The translations under genes were made by a program, and so were the position numbers. From assembly GCA_035534535.1 (NCBI GenBank), contig DATLRS010000007.1:7562-71561 (forward strand): 64,000 nt of DNA. Direction: 5' to 3'. Under the pieces are notes generated by a model. It ran no database searches. It saw only the letters and a program-made list of their open reading frames with translations, and had not been told where the DNA came from. This document shows positions 58,991-64,000 of the stretch, piece by piece. The first letter of the stretch is position 1, and each line of letters starts with the position of its first letter. The stretch comes from Stellaceae bacterium. GTDB lineage: Bacteria > Pseudomonadota > Alphaproteobacteria > ATCC43930 > CGMCC-115725.

Positions 58991-60643
58991 TCACGCTTTG
59001 GCGAAATGGCGGGCGAGCAGGGCCTGCGCATCGTCTTGCACGAGCCTGAGATGTTCCGCGCTGCGAAAGCTTTCCGCGTAGATCTTGTAGACATCCTCGG
59101 TTCCTGACGGCCGGGCGGCAAACCAGCCGTTCCGGGCGGCCACCTTGATGCCGCCGATCGGTTCGTTGTTGGCGGGAGCCCGCGTCAGGATCGCCTCGAT
59201 CGGCTCGCCCGCCAGCTCCTTCGCGTCGATGTCGGAGGGCTCCAGTTTTGCCAGCATGAGCTTCTGCTCGCGCGTTGCCGGCGCGTCGATCCGCCCGTAA
59301 AAGGATCGCCCCAGTTCGCGCGTCGCCGCCGCGTAGAACAGGTTGGGGTCCTGGCCGGTATGGGCGGTTATTTCGGCGGCGAGCAGGCCCATGATCAGCC
59401 CGTCCTTGTCGGTCGTCCAGACCGTCCCGTCGCGGCGCAGAAACGATGCGCCGGCGCTTTCCTCGCCGCCGAACGCCAGCGACCCGTCGATCAGGCCGCT
59501 GCTGAACCACTTGAACCCGACCGGCACTTCGACGAGCCGGCGTCCGAGCCTGGCGGCGATCCGATCGATCATGCCGCTGGAGACGACGGTCTTGCCGATC
59601 GCGCTGTCACGCCGCCACTGCGGCCGGTTGGCGCACAAATAGGCGATCGCCGCCGCCAGGAAGCTGTTCGGGTTCATCAGCCCGCCCGACGGGCAGACGA
59701 TGCCATGCCGATCCGCATCGGTGTCGTTGGCGAAGGCGATGTCGAACTTGTCCTGCAGCGCGATCAGCGGCGCCATCGCGTAGGGCGACGAGCAGTCCAT
59801 CCGGATCTTGCCGTCCCAATCCACCGCCATGAACCGGAATGTCGGATCGACGGCGTCGTTGACGACGGTCGCAGCCAGCCGGTAGCGCTCGATGATCGGC
59901 TGCCAATACTGCACGGCGGCGCCGCCCAGCGGATCGATCCCGATGCGCACGCCGGCCGCCGCTACCGCCGCCAGATCGACGACATCGGCAAGGTCGGCGA
60001 CATAGGGCGCGATATAGTCGTGGCGATGGATGCACCCGGCCTTGGCCGCCCGGCCATAGGGAAGGCGCACAACGCCGCCGAGGTTTTCGACGAGGAGCTG
60101 GTTGGCCGCTTTCTCGATCCAGCGCGTCACGTCGACATCGGCCGGTCCGCCATTGGGCGGATTGTATTTGAAGCCGCCGTCAGCAGGCGGATTGTGCGAC
60201 GGGCTGATGACGATGCCGTCCGCCAGCCCCGTCCTGCGGCCGCGATTGTAGGAAAGGATCGCGTGCGAGATCACCGGCGTCGGCGTATAGCCGGAATGCT
60301 CGTCGATCATCGTCTCGACGCCGTTGCCGGCGAGCACCTCGACGGCGTTCGCGAACGCGGCCTGCGACAATCCATGCGTATCCATGCCGAGGAAAAGCGG
60401 CCCGTCGATCCCGGCATGGCGGCGGTAGAGGCAGACCGCCTGGGTGATCGCCAGGATATGCGCCTCGTTGAACGAGGCGGCGAAGGCCGAGCCGCGGTGT
60501 CCCGAGGTGCCGAACGCGACGCGCTGCGCGGCGACGGTAGGGTCGGGCGCCACCGCGAAATACGCGGTCATCAGCCGTGGAACATCGACCAGCAGCGCTT
60601 GCGGCATCGGCTTGCCGGCGAGAGGGCTTACCTGTTCGGCCAT
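58991..60643 (-). CDS. pgm: Phosphoglucomutase, alpha-D-glucose phosphate-specific
   Basis: ATG 60643 (RBS AGGGAG). FGTSGHRG, phosphoserine loop SPSHNPPADGG, Mg site FANDTDADRHG, GGEESAG. Confidence 0.9.
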   Translation of the reverse strand: MAEQVSPLAGKPMPQALLVDVPRLMTAYFAVAPDPTVAAQRVAFGTSGHRGSAFAASFNEAHILAITQAVCLYRRHAGIDGPLFLGMDTHGLSQAAFANAVEVLAGNGVETMIDEHSGYTPTPVISHAILSYNRGRRTGLADGIVISPSHNPPADGGFKYNPPNGGPADVDVTRWIEKAANQLLVENLGGVVRLPYGRAAKAGCIHRHDYIAPYVADLADVVDLAAVAAAGVRIGIDPLGGAAVQYWQPIIERYRLAATVVNDAVDPTFRFMAVDWDGKIRMDCSSPYAMAPLIALQDKFDIAFANDTDADRHGIVCPSGGLMNPNSFLAAAIAYLCANRPQWRRDSAIGKTVVSSGMIDRIAARLGRRLVEVPVGFKWFSSGLIDGSLAFGGEESAGASFLRRDGTVWTTDKDGLIMGLLAAEITAHTGQDPNLFYAAATRELGRSFYGRIDAPATREQKLMLAKLEPSDIDAKELAGEPIEAILTRAPANNEPIGGIKVAARNGWFAARPSGTEDVYKIYAESFRSAEHLRLVQDDAQALLARHFAKA

Positions 60644-60762
60644 GTCATCTCCCTGAAAAGCCGGCCGCCGCACGTCGAGAGGGGCGACCGCGCTCGCCCG
60701 GCTTGACCTGCGCCGCGTGCCGGGTCACTTGCTACAGGGCGGGGACCGCATAGGAGGATGAC

Positions 60763-61080
60763 ATGGTCGAGAGGCTGACCGGAACGGCGCGACACGCGGC
60801 GCTGCACGAGTTGCACGGCTGGAGCGAGGTCGAGGACCGCGATGCGATCCGCAAGAGCTATCACTTCAGCAATTTCTCCGAGGCTTGGGGGTTCCTGTCG
60901 CGGATCGCGCTGGCTGCCGAGAAAATGGATCACCACCCCGAGATCTTCAACGTCTACAACCGCGTCGAGATCATCCTGGCGACGCACGATGTCGACGGGG
61001 TGAGCGAGCGCGATGTGCGTCTGGCACACGCGATCGACGAATTGGCGCCCGAGCGCGACCGGCGTCCGCCGAGCCCTTGA
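60763..61080 (+). CDS. phhB: 4a-hydroxytetrahydrobiopterin dehydratase (pterin-4-alpha-carbinolamine dehydratase)
   Basis: 105 aa. W...I.K.Y.F.NF..A..F...IA..AE..DHHPE.. pattern (AEKMDHHPEIFNVYNRVEI). Confidence 0.9.
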   Translation: MVERLTGTARHAALHELHGWSEVEDRDAIRKSYHFSNFSEAWGFLSRIALAAEKMDHHPEIFNVYNRVEIILATHDVDGVSERDVRLAHAIDELAPERDRRPPSP

Positions 61081-61097
61081 ACCGCGGCGGCCGCGGG

Positions 61098-61132
61098 TCC
61101 CTCCCTCTCCCCCCTTGAAGGGCGGCGAGGGG
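61098..61132. repeat. Single unit of the CCCTCCCTCTCCCC...GGCGAGGGG palindromic repeat family
   Basis: Read directly: ccctccctctccccccttgaagggcggcgagggg. Confidence 0.5.
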
Positions 61133-61160
61133 AAATGTGGATCGCGCCAAGCAATTCTGC

Positions 61161-61178
61161 CTAGCCGCATGCGGCTAG
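61161..61178. terminator. Perfect 18-bp palindrome CTAGCCGCA|TGCGGCTAG between convergent genes (possible bidirectional terminator hairpin; no U-tract)
   Basis: Read directly. It overlaps the stop codon (61175-77) of the PagL-like gene. Confidence 0.35.
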
Positions 61179-61726
61179 TGCATCGGGATGCTGTACATCA
61201 GGACGATCGACTGTTCGCCCGGATTGCGCTTGGTCAGCCCGGCATTTGAGGTGTGGTTGGCGGCGATGCCGATGCGGCTCTGGTCGGGGAACCGCCAGGC
61301 CAGCTCGGCGCCGGTGCGGAATTCCCACCACGAGCCCAGATTGGTGCCCGAGCCGCGCGCAAAGTAACCGGCGGCGGCATTCGGGGTCAGCACCAGGTTT
61401 GGCGTGAAGTTGATGTCGAAGCCGAACCCGCCATAGCCATAGAACGCGCCGTCGCTGGTTGCCGAGACGCCGATGAACGGCGCGATGATCCACCACTGGT
61501 CGCCAAAGCGGTATTCGCCGCGGAACTCGGCGGCGGTGCCGCTATTGGGGTGCGCCCTGCCGGGGGTAAAGTCGAAGGCGCCGACGCCGAGCGCGAGGCG
61601 CGGCGGGTCGTTCGGCGACCCAAACGTCACCTGCGCCGCGGCCGGCGGTGCCCCCCAGAGGAGGCCGGCAAGCCCCATGACCATCGCCGCGCGCGCTGAG
61701 CGTATCCCGACCGTCGCTTGGTTCAC
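61175..61726 (-). CDS. Acyloxyacyl hydrolase (lipid A 3-O-deacylase PagL-like outer-membrane protein)
   Basis: 183 aa. Signal peptide, beta-barrel-like alternating pattern, catalytic HTSNAG (H-x-S-N) near the C-terminus. Confidence 0.8.
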   Translation of the reverse strand: MNQATVGIRSARAAMVMGLAGLLWGAPPAAAQVTFGSPNDPPRLALGVGAFDFTPGRAHPNSGTAAEFRGEYRFGDQWWIIAPFIGVSATSDGAFYGYGGFGFDINFTPNLVLTPNAAAGYFARGSGTNLGSWWEFRTGAELAWRFPDQSRIGIAANHTSNAGLTKRNPGEQSIVLMYSIPMH

Positions 61727-61840
61727 CCGATCCCCCCGTGCGGTTGCCGCGCGGGCCGGATCCGGCTGATACGCGCTCCGGCATATTAGAGGCGATCATC
61801 GCACCGGCAAGCGAAACCGCAGGGCACAGTGCCGGCGGCG

Positions 61841-62791
61841 TCAGCCGTCTTTGGCGCGCTCGGTCGCCAGCACCAGCTGCTCGCGGATGCCCGGCTCCAT
61901 CGCCGAGTGTCCGGCGTCGCGCACGATGACGTATTGCGCCTCGGGCCAGGCGCGGGCCAACTCGTCAGCGCTGCGGATCGGACAAATCATGTCATAGCGG
62001 CCCTGCACGATCACCCCCGGCAGGTGGCGAATCCGGCCGATCCGCGCGATCAGGTCGCGCTCGGGGGTAAACAGGTGCCGCATGAAGTAATGCGCCTCGA
62101 GCCGCGCCAGGCCGAGCGCCAGGCGCTCTTCGCCGAACGCGGCGACCGTCTCGGGATTGGGCAGGAGGGTCGAACAGGCGCCCTCGTAGACGCTCCACGC
62201 CCGCGCCGCCGGCAGATGGATGCGCGGGTCGGGATCGATCAGCCGGCGGTAATAGGCCGCCAGCAGATTGCCGCGCTCCGCTTCCGGAAGAAACCCGGCA
62301 AAGGCGCGCCACGCTTCGGGAAAGACCGTCCGCATGCCACCCAGGAACCAGTCGATCTCGGCGGCACGGCACAGAAAGATGCCGCGCACGATCAGGCCGG
62401 CGACGCGCTCGGGATGGGTCTCGGCGTAATGCAGCGCCAGCGTCGATCCCCAGGAACCGCCAAACACCACCCACCGGCTGACGCCGAGCTCGTGGCGCAG
62501 AAGCTCGATGTCGGCGACGAGGTGGTCGGGTGTGTTGTCGCGCGTCTCGCCGAGCGGCGTTGAGCGCCCGCCGCCGCGCTGATCGAAAATCACGATCCGC
62601 CAATAGGCCGGGTCAAAAAATCGCCGGTGCACCGGGGTCGCGCCGGCGCCCGGCCCGCCGTGCAGGAAAAGGATCGGCGCTCCCTGCGGGTTGCCGGATT
62701 CTTCCCAGTACATCGTATGGCGCGCGTCGAGCGGCAAATGCCCGGTGCGGTAGGGGTCGATTGGCGGGAACAGGTCGCGGCGGTTGCTCAT
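61841..62791 (-). CDS. pip: Prolyl aminopeptidase
   Basis: 316-aa conserved part from MSNRRDLFPPIDPYRTGHL. HGGPGAG, nucleophile elbow GGSWGS, catalytic DAGHS. Confidence 0.9.
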   Translation of the reverse strand: MSNRRDLFPPIDPYRTGHLPLDARHTMYWEESGNPQGAPILFLHGGPGAGATPVHRRFFDPAYWRIVIFDQRGGGRSTPLGETRDNTPDHLVADIELLRHELGVSRWVVFGGSWGSTLALHYAETHPERVAGLIVRGIFLCRAAEIDWFLGGMRTVFPEAWRAFAGFLPEAERGNLLAAYYRRLIDPDPRIHLPAARAWSVYEGACSTLLPNPETVAAFGEERLALGLARLEAHYFMRHLFTPERDLIARIGRIRHLPGVIVQGRYDMICPIRSADELARAWPEAQYVIVRDAGHSAMEPGIREQLVLATERAKDG

Positions 62792-62917
62792 CGTGGCCCA
62801 GTGTAGGAGCCTCGGCGGCGGGCGGCGATCGAATTTCGTTGCGCCACGCCCCGCGGAACCCGAAGATCGCGGGCAACCGACCGCGCATCCGGGGAATGCC
62901 GGCTGAAGGCTTCGCCG

Positions 62918-63355
62918 ATGCAATGGGTGTTTCTTGTCCTCGCCTTGTCGGCCGCGCTGGCCGAGTTGCACACCGGCACCTTCTATCTGGCCGGCGTCGC
63001 CGTCGCTGCCATGCTGACCGCCCTGCTGGGGTTCTGGCTGCACGACGATCTGCTGATTTTTGCGTTCGTCGTGCTTTGTGCGATCCTGACCGCCGCAATC
63101 CGGCAGTGGCGGCGGCAACAGGCCCAGATCGCGGGTCTGGCGGATTTCGATATCGGCGAGAGCGTGACGATCGGCGATGTGCCGCCGCCCGGCCATCGCC
63201 TGACCGTCAGCTATCGCGGCGCAAACTGGCAGGCCGTGATGGCAGACGGCTCCGCCCCCGTACCCGGCAGCACCGCGATCATCGTGCGCAAGACCGACAA
63301 GCTGCTGCACCTCGCGGTGCGCCGGCCGACCCGGCGCGACCATAAACAGGCGTAA
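62918..63355 (+). CDS. NfeD family membrane protein
   Basis: 145 aa. Three N-terminal hydrophobic helices plus a C-terminal OB-like soluble domain (VSYRGANWQAV). Sits directly upstream of the SPFH gene, as is usual for NfeD. Confidence 0.75.
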   Translation: MQWVFLVLALSAALAELHTGTFYLAGVAVAAMLTALLGFWLHDDLLIFAFVVLCAILTAAIRQWRRQQAQIAGLADFDIGESVTIGDVPPPGHRLTVSYRGANWQAVMADGSAPVPGSTAIIVRKTDKLLHLAVRRPTRRDHKQA

Positions 63356-63380
63356 CCATGAACAGTCGAGGAGACGCGGC

Positions 63381-64000
63381 ATGTCGATCGATTCCCTGAC
63401 CTCGCTGATCCTGCTGCTGCTGCTGCTGCTGTTCGGCTTTGCGATCCTGCGCTCATCGCTGCGCATCGTGCCGCAGCAGAACTCGTGGATCGTCGAGCGC
63501 CTCGGCCGCTTTCACCGCGCCCTATTGCCCGGGTTGAACGTACTGATACCGTTCATGGATCGGGTCGCCTACCGCTTCGACATGCGCGAAGTTCCCTCCG
63601 AGGTGCCGGCGCAGGTGTGCATCTCGCTCGACAATACGACCCTCACCGTCGACGGCTTTCTCTATCTCCAGATCACCGATGCGGTGAAGGCCGCCTATGG
63701 ATCGAGCAACCCGATGAACGCGGCGATGCAACTGGCGCAGACCAGCATGCGCTCGGAGATCGGCAAGCTGCATCTCGACCAGGCGCTGTCGTCGCGGCAG
63801 ATGCTGAATGCCGCGGTCGCCGAGGCGGTCGAGGAGGCTGCCGTCAACTGGGGCATCAAGGTGCTGCGCTACGAGATCAAGGACATCACGCCGCCGCGCG
63901 AAATCCTGCACGCGATGGAGCTGCAGATCACCGCGGAACGCGAAAAGCGCGCGATGATCTTCAAATCGGAAGGCCAGCGGCAGCAGCAGATCAACACCTC
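63381..64000 (+). CDS. SPFH domain / band 7 (stomatin-like) protein, 3' end beyond the window
   Basis: MSIDSLTSLILLLLLLLFGFAILRSSLRIVPQQNSWIVERLGRFHRALLPGLNVLIPFMDRV.... SPFH core with C-terminal coiled coil AEREKRA. Truncated by the window end. Confidence 0.85.
   Translation, partial: MSIDSLTSLILLLLLLLFGFAILRSSLRIVPQQNSWIVERLGRFHRALLPGLNVLIPFMDRVAYRFDMREVPSEVPAQVCISLDNTTLTVDGFLYLQITDAVKAAYGSSNPMNAAMQLAQTSMRSEIGKLHLDQALSSRQMLNAAVAEAVEEAAVNWGIKVLRYEIKDITPPREILHAMELQITAEREKRAMIFKSEGQRQQQINT

Noticed and set aside
63411-63431. (CTG)7 trinucleotide run in the SPFH gene.
   Set aside because: It encodes the poly-Leu core of the N-terminal membrane anchor. The unit is in frame, so slippage would not cause phase variation.

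Overview
High-GC chromosomal segment (by eye about two-thirds G+C). Gene content and GC-rich palindromic intergenic repeats fit Hyphomicrobiales/Rhizobiales-type Alphaproteobacteria. I can support about 60 protein genes. Housekeeping genes: rne, mrcA, prfB (with its programmed +1 frameshift), dnaE, proC, ilvE, pgm, ackA, phhB, pip. There is a translationally coupled selD(fusion)-selA-selB selenocysteine operon. Several aromatic/xenobiotic catabolic modules are present: pcaHG; a LigB-type dioxygenase with an HsaA-like monooxygenase; a lone Mo-hydroxylase large subunit; and a fluoroacetate-dehalogenase-like hydrolase cluster. Regulators include a MarR/OmpR/EnvZ-like cluster, two TetR genes and a hybrid PAS kinase. 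Envelope genes include DsbA, an M48 protease, OmpA-like, PagL-like and NfeD/SPFH. I found no rRNA, tRNA, CRISPR array, transposase, integrase or recognisable multi-gene defence system, and I cannot honestly claim a clear novel multi-gene system here. The loci most worth a second look are: (1) a gene-sized AT-rich islet encoding an orphan two-TM, SLATT-like protein wedged against the conserved ubiK-ybjN-proC cluster; (2) a three-hairpin candidate sRNA with an intrinsic terminator downstream of prfB; (3) a 467-bp AT-rich intergenic region with three GATAATT direct repeats, followed by a trio of small charged proteins (one 37 aa, absent from the ORF track) upstream of ackA; (4) the oxidoreductase-SelD fusion and a sel operon with no selC or selenoprotein gene in view; (5) a frameshifted CMD-family gene; (6) several perfect 12-15 bp tandem arrays inside and around rne. 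Many long ORFs in the track are antisense GC artefacts and were discarded. Coordinates of true starts were derived from the ORF-track residue index and cross-checked on the DNA.
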